Source of the DNA: a virus
Reading direction: 5' to 3' (one strand)
Virus record (IMG/VR): IMGVR_UViG_3300050821_004371
Location: 1-64,000 of that record
DNA length: 64,000 bases
Shown one piece after another: positions 1 to 9,952 of this stretch. Position 1 is the first letter of the stretch; each line of letters begins with the position of its first letter. A program made the translations under genes and the position numbers. The notes below the pieces were generated by a model. That model ran no database searches and was not told the origin of the DNA. It saw nothing but the letters and a program-made list of their open reading frames with translations.

Positions 1-199
1 CGGCCAAGGCCAAGTTGTGCTTCGCCCGAACCTGGGATTCGTAATCCTTGTCTGTCGGGTCCACTTGCATCAAGTCCAATTGGAACTGGTCGATCTCCCC
101 GAGTTGGATTCGTTTCAGGACTTCGAATCCGGGCATCTGAACTGCGGACATCAATTGCTGGACTTCGGTATCTGACGGGCGATAGCTAGCTGCGTTCAT
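1..199 (-). CDS. Hypothetical protein, truncated at window edge; likely head-module gene following the portal block
   Basis: ATG at 199 (minus strand), open to the edge: MNAASYRPSDTEVQQLMSAVQMPGFEVLKRIQ...; read by hand, not in ORF track. Confidence 0.55.
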   Translation of the reverse strand, partial: MNAASYRPSDTEVQQLMSAVQMPGFEVLKRIQLGEIDQFQLDLMQVDPTDKDYESQVRAKHNLALA

Positions 200-233
200 T
201 AGTGTCTTATCCGTTTTCCGTATTTTCTTGCAC

Positions 234-258
234 AAAACCCCTTTATTTAGGGGGTTTC
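234..258 (-). terminator. Probable intrinsic terminator
   Basis: Minus strand CGAAACCCCCT-AAATA-AAGGGGTTTTGT hairpin directly after the stop at 260. Confidence 0.5.
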
Positions 259-259
259 G

Positions 260-1099
260 TTACGAACCGTAGTTGGCGGGCTGCTCTTTGGCTTCTCCAA
301 ACACAACTTCTGCTTTTAGGCCGCCGTGCTCGCCTTCATCAAGGATGCACATAATTCCTCCGGGCAATACGCGGTCGGTGTCTTCTGGTCGCCCGAGTTC
401 ATCCTTGCCCTCGACTTGCTTTTCTAGCTGGATGCAATTCGAACTGTGGAATACTAGCAGGATCGGCCCGTCTTCCTGTCCTTCTTTGATGTAGCGTTTA
501 ATCGCTTTGGTCTGACGCTTCGCGAACTCCCGCAGGCTTTCGCCATCTGGAATCGGTTCGTCAGGGTTGTCGATATAGTGATTGAAAGCTTCCTGCGTAT
601 CCTCTCGCGACTTGCCCGAAAACATTCCTACGTCCCACGGGCGAAGCGTCGGGTCTTTCTCAGCTTTGACACTCGGTAGTACAAGTTTAGCAGTTTCTTG
701 TGCTCGCCCGAGATCAGAACAGAATACCCGCTTGATACCTTTATCGGACAAGTATTCGCGGGCCGCCTGAGCTTCTTTCTTGCCCGTAGCATTCAGGGGA
801 ACTTCGATCCACCCTCGAAATAGCTTATCTTTGTTCCCGTTCGTTTCCCCGTGGCGAACCGCGTAGATGATCGCTGACTTTCGGCTTTGGTATCCGTTGG
901 AGCAGTCATCTGCGTCTACTTTAGCCCGCCCGTCGGCATTCTTGGGAACTTCCGGGTCAAGCACGACCAATTGGTTGCCGCACGATTCGTCATCCTTATA
1001 CCACACGCAGTTTCCGCAATTTCTAGGCTGGGGATTTTCCGAGGCGCGGACAAACCCCGAGACCCGCGTACCATCTTGTCCTTTCATTTCTCCTGCCAT
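260..1099 (-). CDS. Histidine phosphatase (phosphoglycerate mutase family) with N-terminal Cys-rich domain
   Basis: RHGETNGN..FRGW catalytic motif, SDLGRAQET, GESL, late FHSS; N-terminal CxxC-x8-C-x25-C. Confidence 0.85.
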   Translation of the reverse strand: MAGEMKGQDGTRVSGFVRASENPQPRNCGNCVWYKDDESCGNQLVVLDPEVPKNADGRAKVDADDCSNGYQSRKSAIIYAVRHGETNGNKDKLFRGWIEVPLNATGKKEAQAAREYLSDKGIKRVFCSDLGRAQETAKLVLPSVKAEKDPTLRPWDVGMFSGKSREDTQEAFNHYIDNPDEPIPDGESLREFAKRQTKAIKRYIKEGQEDGPILLVFHSSNCIQLEKQVEGKDELGRPEDTDRVLPGGIMCILDEGEHGGLKAEVVFGEAKEQPANYGS

Positions 1100-1872
1100 G
1101 CTTTAACCCCTTTACTGCTATTACAAGATTTACAAGCTGGCACGAGATTTGCAGTCCAATTGGAACCGCCCTTAGACAGCGCCTTGCGATGTTCTATCGT
1201 CAGAGTTTTTGGAGTAAGAATCTTAGGACAGTAAAAGCACTTCCATCCGTGATAATCAACTTTCTTCATCCAAGCATCGTAATCAAATATACCAGGCGCG
1301 TTTGCTAATCGCGCTCTCCGAGTCAGGACATATTTGCGAGAGTTTCGCAGAGCCTTTTCGGGATTACTCTTTCGCCAAGAGGCGACTGCCAAAGAATGGG
1401 CGTTGCTGCCGTGTTTCTCTAGCCACACAATATACCGTGCTCGTTGTAATTCTTTAGCTTTCGGAGTTTGGCGGTATCTAGTGGCTCGGTCTGCAACGAT
1501 GTCTTGGTTTTTGGCAGCGTAAGCAGCGGTTTTAGCGATAGTACAACTTCTGCATTCTAAGCGGGTCGCATAGAAATCGTTGGTAGATTCAACTTCATTA
1601 CACCGCTTGCAAATCCTGAAGTTACCCGCCGCCGTAACAATTATCTGATTATCATCAATTGGGGCGGGTTTAGCAGCCCGCCACTTTTTCCGGTATTCAG
1701 CATTTGACAGCCCGTTAATCGAGCGAGCGCTGTAGCAAGGCTTGCACCTATAATTTCTGCCGGATGCGGTCCTTGCGCTTCGGGGAAAATCTAGCAACGG
1801 CTTGAAATCACCGCAGCCTATACATTCCTTGTAGGCCCCATCGCCCGTAATAATTATTGGAGTCGCTTGCAT
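1084..1872 (-). CDS. HNH endonuclease with N-terminal zinc ribbons
   Basis: CFYC...TIEHRKALSKGGSNWTANLVPACKSCNSSKG. Confidence 0.85.
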   Translation of the reverse strand: MQATPIIITGDGAYKECIGCGDFKPLLDFPRSARTASGRNYRCKPCYSARSINGLSNAEYRKKWRAAKPAPIDDNQIIVTAAGNFRICKRCNEVESTNDFYATRLECRSCTIAKTAAYAAKNQDIVADRATRYRQTPKAKELQRARYIVWLEKHGSNAHSLAVASWRKSNPEKALRNSRKYVLTRRARLANAPGIFDYDAWMKKVDYHGWKCFYCPKILTPKTLTIEHRKALSKGGSNWTANLVPACKSCNSSKGVKAWQEK

Positions 1873-1880
1873 CCGCTTTT

Positions 1881-1891
1881 ATTATACCACA
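1881..1891 (-). promoter_or_regulatory. Extended -10 promoter, near-leaderless transcript for the HNH gene
   Basis: Minus strand TGTGG-TATAAT, 8 nt before the ATG at 1872. Confidence 0.5.
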
Positions 1892-4033
1892 CTACGCCAC
1901 GTCACCAAAACCCACGCCCCCCGGCGTTCCCTCGGTTTCCTCGGAACGGGCCGAAGATTCTACAGCGAACCTCATGAGGTCGCGTTTAATACGCCCCTGA
2001 GTATCTTCGTCCGCCTGCTGAGATTTCAGTTGAGCTTTTTGATCGTTAAGCTGCATCTGTGTCTGTAGCGGGCCTTGCTGTTGCTGCTGAAGTTTCTGTT
2101 GTCTACGGGCTTCCATCTGCGGAGTCAATGGCTTAATCAAGTCGCGGCGATCTTTCCAGTCGCTCGCCATCATAACCATATCGAGCAGCGTCAACTGGTC
2201 AACGTAGTAACCTTGGTCAGCCAAGAATTCCAAGAACTGCGGGTTTGCCAAGAACTGTTCGAGCAGGACTAGGCTCTGCGCCATAGTCTTTTTTGCTGAC
2301 AAGCTAGCGCCCGCGAGTACCTCGAAGGTTACTTTGCCGTTGTGATATTCCTGCATCCCGTCTACTTTTATTGTTTTATTAGGATCGGCGGGATCAACAT
2401 CTTGGTCGAAAGACGCCAGATAGTCTTTCCCCAACTCGTCGCCTAGAATGTCCTTTATCTCTTTATCCGACAGGTACGTGAAAATAAGTTCGTCTAGAAT
2501 ATACAGCCAAGGAAGGAACACTTGATCCAAGAAAGCGTCCAGAGGGCCATCTAGCCGCGTGGCGGACGCTTGAGCGAGATTATTAGCGCCCGTAGCCGAG
2601 CGCCCCATTCCGTTACGAGGGCCAGCAGAAGAACCCTGCACCAGAGCTTGATCAGCGCCCGTCGTGCTCTCGGTATTGGCTTCAGAATTTTGTAGCGCGG
2701 CCCAGGTTTCTGCGGGCACTTTCGGCTGTTCGAGTAATTTGTACGCCTTATCCACTTCGCCATCGACAGATACGATCTTTCCGATAGAAGTGCGGATCAT
2801 CTGCGTCGGGCTATTAGAATCTCTTGCCCGCAGATACACCGGGTTAACGCCAAAACTCAGAATCTTGAGAATCGAGTTGATCGTGCCTTGATCGACACGC
2901 TGGTTTTGCCCGACCGTAAGGCCGATGCCCATGCCGTAGAAGGCTTTCGGGCGATTCCACCAGTTGGCGGACAAGAAATTGATCTTCTTGAATTCGTTTT
3001 CCGCACTGTAAATTGTGATCTTGCGATTGACGACGATGATCTTTCGTTTCTTGTCAACGTACTCCAGAACTTCAAGCTCTTGCGCCAGCGGGTCGTTGCT
3101 CGAAATAATCGTCTTCTCTTGCGCGTGGTGAACAACTCCAACCGTAGTGTTCGTCTGATCCGTTCGTAAAGTGCTAGGCGTCATCGACGCTTCCATAGGA
3201 GGGGCCCAGAGTTCTTTTAATTTATCGTCCGACCAATACGCGCCCCAAGTCCACCCAGGTAGCGGCTTTCCATTCTCATCGACGTTAGCGTCTTTCAAGT
3301 CTTTTAGAGCGTAGAAATCCAGGAAGCGGCGGTCGATTACGTGCTTCGCTTCTCGGATATCCCCTACGTCCAAAGTTGCATCGATCAAGACATTCCCTAA
3401 TGGCCGAGACTCAAAGAAAGGAATGTAGCAAGTTCTTTCAGTCCACTTAATTGTGGGAGGAGCATCGGAATGAATTGTCTCGGAACCGCCCGCAGAGTCG
3501 GAAGTTTTGACGGAGTTTGTTATACGGCGGGGAATCTTTTTTGTGACCCGCTTAATCCCCCATTTCCAAATGCCCGTGCCAAGGAAACAAAACTGTTCCA
3601 AACCCCATTTTACTTCTCGCTTAAAATTACATTCGTCCAGCATCACAGACATGACCGTAGTTTTTTCGTCTACAGTTTTTTGTGACGTGCCGGGGCGCGG
3701 GCGAAGAACCATCGGGGGGTCCTCGAAAAATATCCCGGCATATAGCTTCGGGACAACCGAATTCACCACCTTAGCCACGGTGAACCTCTGCACGTTAGGC
3801 TCTAAGGTGTATGAATTTTCGAACACAGTCAGGGGGCGCGGCGCTTGAAATAGAAGATCAGAATCTCTCCATAAAAGTGCCCATTGTTTGCTTTGAATAA
3901 ACGCTTCGTCAATTACGGCGCACCCAACTACAAGGGCAGTTGTATCCTCTGCGGTCTTGAGATCACCTTGGCTGGTGAAATCGTTCGCGACGAGAACTTT
4001 GTTCGGGTTGCCCTCTGTGGGGATTAGCGCCAT
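1892..4033 (-). CDS. Portal protein (podovirus-type)
   Basis: 713 aa, directly after the terminase; NWWNRPKAFYGMGIG motif; Gln-rich coiled C-terminus. Confidence 0.8.
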   Translation of the reverse strand: MALIPTEGNPNKVLVANDFTSQGDLKTAEDTTALVVGCAVIDEAFIQSKQWALLWRDSDLLFQAPRPLTVFENSYTLEPNVQRFTVAKVVNSVVPKLYAGIFFEDPPMVLRPRPGTSQKTVDEKTTVMSVMLDECNFKREVKWGLEQFCFLGTGIWKWGIKRVTKKIPRRITNSVKTSDSAGGSETIHSDAPPTIKWTERTCYIPFFESRPLGNVLIDATLDVGDIREAKHVIDRRFLDFYALKDLKDANVDENGKPLPGWTWGAYWSDDKLKELWAPPMEASMTPSTLRTDQTNTTVGVVHHAQEKTIISSNDPLAQELEVLEYVDKKRKIIVVNRKITIYSAENEFKKINFLSANWWNRPKAFYGMGIGLTVGQNQRVDQGTINSILKILSFGVNPVYLRARDSNSPTQMIRTSIGKIVSVDGEVDKAYKLLEQPKVPAETWAALQNSEANTESTTGADQALVQGSSAGPRNGMGRSATGANNLAQASATRLDGPLDAFLDQVFLPWLYILDELIFTYLSDKEIKDILGDELGKDYLASFDQDVDPADPNKTIKVDGMQEYHNGKVTFEVLAGASLSAKKTMAQSLVLLEQFLANPQFLEFLADQGYYVDQLTLLDMVMMASDWKDRRDLIKPLTPQMEARRQQKLQQQQQGPLQTQMQLNDQKAQLKSQQADEDTQGRIKRDLMRFAVESSARSEETEGTPGGVGFGDVA

Positions 4034-4052
4034 GAATTATCCGTTTTCCGTA

Positions 4053-5909
4053 TTAATAAAGTCCCGCGTCGGCGATGGGATCACGATCCGGCATTTGAGG
4101 AATCCCGCCCTGCATCGCCAGCACTTGCCCGTCTTCAACTTGCTTCGCGAACGGCCCAAGCCCGTAAATTAAATCTCGTCGAAGTCTTTCAACTCTGTCC
4201 GTAACATTTACGGGCAACATCGGCTGCGTCTCTGCGAAATTCTGGAAGTGGTTCACGAGCAGGCTCAGGCTACAAACAATGTCCGTAAACGTCCCTTTAG
4301 GGAACGCCTCAAGCTCGTTGTAGAGTTCTTCAAGGCCCGCCATTGCTTTCCAGAAGTACAAGCGCCCGTCACCAAGCAATCGGCATGCAGGCTTCGCCTT
4401 GACTTCCTTGCTGTTAGCCTTCGAACCCTTCCCGAGCGATACGAATTCAAACGGAACGATGATTCTGAAGCGTTCCATCTCGCGGCGGATTTCCGAGCTT
4501 AACCATCGGGCACCCATCGAATCTTCGACAGCCACGCGGCGTGGTTTCCACTTGTGCGCGAAACTCGCCATGACGCCCGGAAGTTCATATTCCCCAAATC
4601 GCCCGCGAACCATGTCGATAATGTAAATCCCGGACGACGTGAATAGCCCCGCGATTCCAACCGTATATTTCGCACCCTTTTGCTCGCTATAAGCCAAGTC
4701 CCAGGCTTCAAAAGTAATTCCTTGTTGTGGAAGCGTATCAACTGTTCGGGCGACCATCAATTCGCGACGGAACTTGGTCTCGAACGATTTGTTCAGGTCA
4801 AGGAAAAATTGGCTGTAGTACGTTGCAGTATCGCCCGTCTTGTTGGCTTCCGCGTACTCCGTTTTGAGAACAGACAATGTTAACCGCTCGGGGAACCACA
4901 GAGTAATCATGTGGTCTTCGAGCAAGTCGGGCGTTCTATCTTCAAACTCCGGCTTGATGATTCCTGCCGGATGCGCCAAGACCTTGACCATCGCGGGCTG
5001 CCCGTTCCGAGCCCGTTTTTCTTCGTCCTTGACCGTGGCCGTTAAGTTATCGTCTTGGTGATACGGCGTACCGATTCTGTCTTTGTACCCGTACGGCTCG
5101 CACAACTTTCGGGCCATGGCAATTTCGCGATTGATGCTCGCGATCCGATCTTTGTTCTGCGTATTCTCGGCGGTCGTTCCGTCATCGATCTTCAAAAGAT
5201 CGGTGTGAGTACCAGTCGTGTTCTTCCCGAGCGACGTGGCGCGAATCGTGGGTCCAGCAATATCCTTGGACTTTCGGGCGGGCGTTATCCATTCAGGCTG
5301 TTCTCCAGGCTTCGATTCACAGTGCTCGGGGAACAAGATTTGGATAAGCCGCAGCTTGCCCGCAAATTCGTGATCCGCATCGAATACTTTCGGGTTACCG
5401 ATCTCGTACGGGCCTTCCCACGCTTTCTTCTGGTCTTTGTCCTCAATGGCCTCCAGCGTGAAGTGTCCTTTAATCACGCCCGTGAATTCCTCAGCGAGCG
5501 AGACCGTACCCGTCATAATGTTGATACGTATCGAAGGCCAGCACAGAACCCATTGGACGCAATCGACAATATCGGCAGTCGATTTGAACCCGCCTCGGGG
5601 GAGGAACAACAAGCGGTCGTGAAGACCCTTATCAAACTCCGCAAATACTTTAAAACTCTTGGCCGAAGGGTCTTTGAGAACGAAGAAGCCTTCTTTTTCG
5701 GGCGTTGAGAACAGTTCCCGATGGCAATCCGCAAACTGCCGATACCCGAGAATCTCTCGGGCAAGCCAGTAACCGTCCGTCTGGCACCGATGCCGAAGCG
5801 CAAGCCCGTCTTTAATCAGATCGTGCCCGTACTCTGCCTGAACCTGATACCGATACTTAGTCCAGTAAAGGGCTAGATCGTCTTTCTGTTTATCGGTCAG
5901 AGCTTGCAT
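4053..5909 (-). CDS. terL: Terminase large subunit
   Basis: Walker A-like LPRGGFKST, Walker B LLKIDD, IGTPYH, nuclease motifs AWDLAYS, VAVED, ELEAFP..TD. Confidence 0.9.
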   Translation of the reverse strand: MQALTDKQKDDLALYWTKYRYQVQAEYGHDLIKDGLALRHRCQTDGYWLAREILGYRQFADCHRELFSTPEKEGFFVLKDPSAKSFKVFAEFDKGLHDRLLFLPRGGFKSTADIVDCVQWVLCWPSIRINIMTGTVSLAEEFTGVIKGHFTLEAIEDKDQKKAWEGPYEIGNPKVFDADHEFAGKLRLIQILFPEHCESKPGEQPEWITPARKSKDIAGPTIRATSLGKNTTGTHTDLLKIDDGTTAENTQNKDRIASINREIAMARKLCEPYGYKDRIGTPYHQDDNLTATVKDEEKRARNGQPAMVKVLAHPAGIIKPEFEDRTPDLLEDHMITLWFPERLTLSVLKTEYAEANKTGDTATYYSQFFLDLNKSFETKFRRELMVARTVDTLPQQGITFEAWDLAYSEQKGAKYTVGIAGLFTSSGIYIIDMVRGRFGEYELPGVMASFAHKWKPRRVAVEDSMGARWLSSEIRREMERFRIIVPFEFVSLGKGSKANSKEVKAKPACRLLGDGRLYFWKAMAGLEELYNELEAFPKGTFTDIVCSLSLLVNHFQNFAETQPMLPVNVTDRVERLRRDLIYGLGPFAKQVEDGQVLAMQGGIPQMPDRDPIADAGLY

Positions 5910-5921
5910 TTAGTTTACGGG

Positions 5922-6206
5922 CTACGCCTTGTTCAAACCCTCAACTTGGCGTTTTTCACGGTCAAGTTTGCGCTTCAAGGACCAAAGCAGGGCTTCTTCG
6001 AGCTTCGTAATCACAAGAGAATTCTCGCGGCACGGGAAAGCTTTATTGAAGCCTTCGATCTTTTCCTTGGCCCAGATAATCACGTCGTCAATCTGGCAGC
6101 CGTTAACTCCGAATTCTTTAATCGGGCCACTCTGGATCGTAAATTTGACCGACGATTCTTGCCCGTGAATTTGTGGCCAACCCGTCTCTTGAATGTATTC
6201 ACTCAT
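5922..6206 (-). CDS. Tad1/Acb2-like immune-signal sponge (anti-Thoeris/anti-CBASS)
   Basis: IQSGPIKEFGVNG...FPCRENSLVITKLEEALLW..RKLDREKRQVEG matches the recalled Tad1 C-terminal pattern. Confidence 0.7.
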   Translation of the reverse strand: MSEYIQETGWPQIHGQESSVKFTIQSGPIKEFGVNGCQIDDVIIWAKEKIEGFNKAFPCRENSLVITKLEEALLWSLKRKLDREKRQVEGLNKA

Positions 6207-6267
6207 TTTCGTTCTCCAGTTCGTTTTCCGTACAATAGCCTAATTTCCGTACAGCACGAAAACCTAA

Positions 6268-6441
6268 TTACAGTTTCTTTGCTTCGGCGGCAATATCTTT
6301 CTTGGCCGCCGCAATCTCCCCGTCAACGAGCGAAACACCCTTCTTGGCGTCCGCGCTGAAAGCTGCTTTGACCGATTTCGTTACGCCGGGGGTAAATACG
6401 CCGACGATAAATCCAACAATTGCTCCGATAATGTAGTGCAT
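6268..6441 (-). CDS. Small membrane-anchored protein (57 aa)
   Basis: AAGGAG RBS; MHYIIGAIVGFIVGVFTPG... hydrophobic N-terminus; read by hand. Confidence 0.6.
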   Translation of the reverse strand: MHYIIGAIVGFIVGVFTPGVTKSVKAAFSADAKKGVSLVDGEIAAAKKDIAAEAKKL

Positions 6442-6468
6442 GACTTCTCCTTAAATTCGTTTTCCGTA

Positions 6469-6663
6469 CTATTTACCGCCGAAGTTTAAAGCGAACTGCC
6501 CCATTTTGGCGGTATGTTTCACGTTTGAGTTTGCAGCGGCGTGTTTGATGCTTTCGGGCAGTGGATCGGAATCTTTCCCAGACCATCCGTGCCTACGCGC
6601 CCACTGATGAAGTCCGCCTCGTCTAACCTTAAATGCCGCCCGATGCAGCGAATTTCTTGCCAT
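6469..6663 (-). CDS. Small basic phage protein
   Basis: MARNSLHRAAFKVRRGGLHQW...; ends at TAG followed by the repeated motif. Confidence 0.55.
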   Translation of the reverse strand: MARNSLHRAAFKVRRGGLHQWARRHGWSGKDSDPLPESIKHAAANSNVKHTAKMGQFALNFGGK

Positions 6664-7144
6664 TTTTGTTTTTCCTGTGGTTCCAAACCAAGAGCATTTC
6701 CTCGTACGTAAGAAACGCATTTTTCATAGTATTGCAAGTGAAGCAGCAAGGAACCGAATTGGTGTTGAGATATCCGACAGCAGAGTCCTTACGATCTAGC
6801 CCCGAGCCCGTTTCGGGAAGCCCGCTGCCGCAATAGTGGCAAGCGTTGTTTCTTACTAGAAAGGCGTACTCTTCGAACGAGAGGGCAAACTCTATTTCCC
6901 GACGCTTAGCCTGACTTTTGGCTAGCCGATACCGCCCCTCAATCGTACGAGAAGTGGCCCGGTCTCTGGATTTGTACTTCTCGATGTTGTTTAATCGAGA
7001 TGCTTTCCGAGAAGCCTTAACCTTGTCTAAATTGCGGGCTATGTATTTCTGCTGCTCTGCGTTGTGGCATTCTCGACAGTATGAATGATTCAAACTACGC
7101 CGAGGATTTAGGCCGCATTTGTAACAGGGTAACTCGCCCGCCAT
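6629..7144 (-). CDS. HNH endonuclease
   Basis: CHYCG...GLDRKDS..GY...NSVPCCFTCNTMKN. Confidence 0.8.
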   Translation of the reverse strand: MAGELPCYKCGLNPRRSLNHSYCRECHNAEQQKYIARNLDKVKASRKASRLNNIEKYKSRDRATSRTIEGRYRLAKSQAKRREIEFALSFEEYAFLVRNNACHYCGSGLPETGSGLDRKDSAVGYLNTNSVPCCFTCNTMKNAFLTYEEMLLVWNHRKNKNGKKFAASGGI

Positions 7145-7797
7145 TATTTCTTGTACCCCAAGTCTTTCTGCATTGCCACTACTGCGGGTGACCCGTCTTC
7201 ATCGTTTTCACTTTCATGTTCGCCGTCGTTTGGCTCTCCCCAATGCTGCTCCAGATGGTCGTGGAGTTCGTCCATGTTCTTGGCCGTATGTTCTTCCATC
7301 GGGTGGGAGAAATTAACGTGGTGATGCTCAATAACGTGCGACCCGTCCGAAGCTTTGCGAATGTGCATCGCCCGAATAACTTTGGGCGGCTGGACTTCTG
7401 CATCCGGAGCGTCGGCCAGGACGGAATGAGCAAGTCCCATCGCTGATTTCAGCTTGGCGTGGTCGCCCTGCGTCAGAACTTTCTCGCCCTCCTTCATAAT
7501 GTACGGGCCAGTCTTAGGTACGGTGCCCCCGTCGTGCATCTGTCCCAACGGCTTTACCATGTCCTTGACATCGATCCGCTTTTCACCTTTGCCAGAACCG
7601 TACGGGCCCTGAGACTTAGTTTTGTCCATCGGGCTGTTTACGGGCTTCATCGCCGTGCCTTTAGGGGCTGGAGCGCCCGTAGGCTTCAAGGCATCGACCG
7701 CCGACTGCTGCATCTTCGCCCGTTCATTAAGTTCGGTGCCGATAGGCGTGCTAGTCGGGTCTTTCGGAAGTAGGGACTGAATCGGGTTACCTGCCAT
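7144..7797 (-). CDS. Hypothetical protein (possibly virion-associated)
   Basis: 217 aa ORF abutting both neighbours; HDGGTVPKTG segment, His-rich. Confidence 0.55.
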   Translation of the reverse strand: MAGNPIQSLLPKDPTSTPIGTELNERAKMQQSAVDALKPTGAPAPKGTAMKPVNSPMDKTKSQGPYGSGKGEKRIDVKDMVKPLGQMHDGGTVPKTGPYIMKEGEKVLTQGDHAKLKSAMGLAHSVLADAPDAEVQPPKVIRAMHIRKASDGSHVIEHHHVNFSHPMEEHTAKNMDELHDHLEQHWGEPNDGEHESENDEDGSPAVVAMQKDLGYKK

Positions 7798-8278
7798 GTT
7801 TCACCTTAGAAATTCTAGTTTTGACTGCCTGTCTAATTCCGGGCGCAGGGTCGTAGTCGGGGTATAAACTTTTGAACTGCCGAAGTGCTTGGCTGAAGTT
7901 TGCGGGCAACTTTCCGTTCTGTACCAGCCAAAGTAATCCGAGAGACGGGGCCCGCGATTCACCCCTGTTACAAGCGACGAGAACTTTGTGCCCTAGACGA
8001 AGACTCTCAGAAATGTAATCAAGGCCCGTATCAAGCGCAGCGTTCGGTATATAATCAGCAGAATCGGCATCGATCAGGTTCAGCGCGAGGACGCGCCCTT
8101 TCTTAGCGTGCAGGTAATCTTTTCCCAGCGGGGCGGCTCTTTCCGTGTATCCGAGCAGCGAGCGGTGCCCGCCTTCGCCTTCTTTAGTCGCCCGCAAAAC
8201 CCGCCAATCAGGATCATCCGCAACCTTGAGGTAATCTGGATCACCCCCTATGTATAGCCGCGAATAAATTTCCTTCAT
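7787..8278 (-). CDS. Dual-specificity/tyrosine phosphatase-like protein
   Basis: IYSRLYIG start, CX5R loop VLVACNRGESRA. Confidence 0.75.
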   Translation of the reverse strand: MKEIYSRLYIGGDPDYLKVADDPDWRVLRATKEGEGGHRSLLGYTERAAPLGKDYLHAKKGRVLALNLIDADSADYIPNAALDTGLDYISESLRLGHKVLVACNRGESRAPSLGLLWLVQNGKLPANFSQALRQFKSLYPDYDPAPGIRQAVKTRISKVKHGR

Positions 8279-8293
8279 TGTTCGTTTTCCGTA

Positions 8294-8638
8294 CTACCAC
8301 ACGTCTTCGAATGCCCCGCGCAACGCCAGTCGCTTCATCTCGTCCTGAAAGACTTTTCCGTGGTCAGCTTTGGGGTGCGCGACGTGAACGCACTCGTGAA
8401 GTAAATCAGCCCGAACGTACCGCCAGCATTTGAGGAAATTGCGGGATATGTAAATCGCTACGGGCTCCGTGGTTCCTTCTTTGAAGCAGGTCACCGCGCA
8501 AGTCGCCCGATTGAGCCCGAAGAACTTTTTCATCTGCCCGGGCGTGATGAAATTAACTTCTATGTTCGGAAGTTTGCCCGAGAAATATTTGCGGTTGTAC
8601 TCGTTGTAGAGACGCTTGAGCGTACGGTGGGATGGCAC
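8294..8638 (-). CDS. SprT-like zinc metalloprotease
   Basis: YNRKYFSGKLP, LLHECVH (HExxH), HGKVF. Confidence 0.75.
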   Translation of the reverse strand: MPSHRTLKRLYNEYNRKYFSGKLPNIEVNFITPGQMKKFFGLNRATCAVTCFKEGTTEPVAIYISRNFLKCWRYVRADLLHECVHVAHPKADHGKVFQDEMKRLALRGAFEDVW

Positions 8639-9069
8639 ATTTTATCTCCTGCCCGCCGCTTTCGCTTTCGAGCAAATTTACTCTACGCAGGGCCCGTTGA
8701 TGTGGGTATCGTTTGGGTCCAAACCTTCAGTTTCCAGTACCCACGGATAGCCCACTTTCAGGGCGTCCCAAATCGGCTCCTCGGAAGGCGGGAACGGATT
8801 CGGGCTTTGATTCTGGTTCGTCATAAGATTCCTCGAAGGGCTGTACGGGCTTTCCGCCAAGCAGCAGAAGTTGCTGAATTGCCCACGCCCGAACTTTACC
8901 CGAAGCCTTAGCGTGCTCCGCAAGATTTACGAGCAAAGTTTTGACAGACGTGCGGGTCCGTTTTCGTTTCGAACCCGCTCTCTGCCTGCGTTTCTTTCGG
9001 GCAACTTTCTCCCGTTCCAACATTTCCTGTTGGGATTCCACAAGATTCATTGTCAATCCGTTTTCCGTA

Positions 9070-9285
9070 CTACTCGGGAATATTCCCCATCGCGCCTGAA
9101 TCAGTTCCGCCCGCGTAACCGGGATTCATTCCGCTCTGCTGTTGCCCGCGACCATCCTGGTACATCGGGTTTCCAGCACGTTTCGTTCCTGCGCTCGCGA
9201 AGTTGGTTTTCTTCTCATAACTTGCGATATGAGTCTTCCCTTTTCTCGCTGCGCCGATTCCGTAGTCACCCTTTTTTCTCGCCAT
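9070..9285 (-). CDS. Small hypothetical protein
   Basis: AAAGGA RBS, 71 aa, ends at TAG plus motif. Confidence 0.55.
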   Translation of the reverse strand: MARKKGDYGIGAARKGKTHIASYEKKTNFASAGTKRAGNPMYQDGRGQQQSGMNPGYAGGTDSGAMGNIPE

Positions 9286-9331
9286 AATTTTTCCTTTGGA
9301 ATTGGGCGGGCTTTTACACCCGCCCGTTATC

Positions 9332-9949
9332 CTACACTAACGTCAAGCTGAACGTGGTCAACTGCAAAGTCTCGGTAGTGTCCGAAACAGTGTTAGCAAA
9401 CGTCGGGGTGAAATTCGCCAGCGGATAATCCGTGGTGTTGTTCTCGCCCGTAATCGGCTCAGTCTGCGACGCAACGTTAAACGCCACGGTAATCGCCGAC
9501 GCAACGCTGGCAATCACAACCTGCGATCCGCCCACGTACACCGAGGGAGCAAAGCAAGTCAGAGTATTGGCGTTAGCTTCGCCGAAGAAATCCTGGCTGA
9601 CAATGTAATCGTAGAAAGTTCCGGCAGCCAAAACTCCGGAGTTCACGGCGGTGAAAGTGTTGGTGCCGCTGACGGTCGGGCCGCCCGAAACCGAAGTATT
9701 GTACGGGAAAATCTGCAAGCCAAAAGCAATTTCCTGAGTCGCGCCGTGTGCCTTAACCCACCCACCGTAGGTGATATTAAACCGACGACCGTTTAGGTTA
9801 TTGGAAGGACCCGACACGAGGTTGAAGTTGCCCGCAGTCAAACCCTGCGTTACGCCGTTGGCGCTAACCTGCCACAACTGGGCAGAAGTGCCCGAAGCGG
9901 AAGTCATCGCGCTAAAAAGAACTGGAGCCTGATTCTGTACAAAAGACAT
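9332..9949 (-). CDS. Putative virion structural protein
   Basis: 205 aa, S/T/G/N/V-rich, very low charge. Confidence 0.5.
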   Translation of the reverse strand: MSFVQNQAPVLFSAMTSASGTSAQLWQVSANGVTQGLTAGNFNLVSGPSNNLNGRRFNITYGGWVKAHGATQEIAFGLQIFPYNTSVSGGPTVSGTNTFTAVNSGVLAAGTFYDYIVSQDFFGEANANTLTCFAPSVYVGGSQVVIASVASAITVAFNVASQTEPITGENNTTDYPLANFTPTFANTVSDTTETLQLTTFSLTLV

Positions 9950-9952
9950 AAG

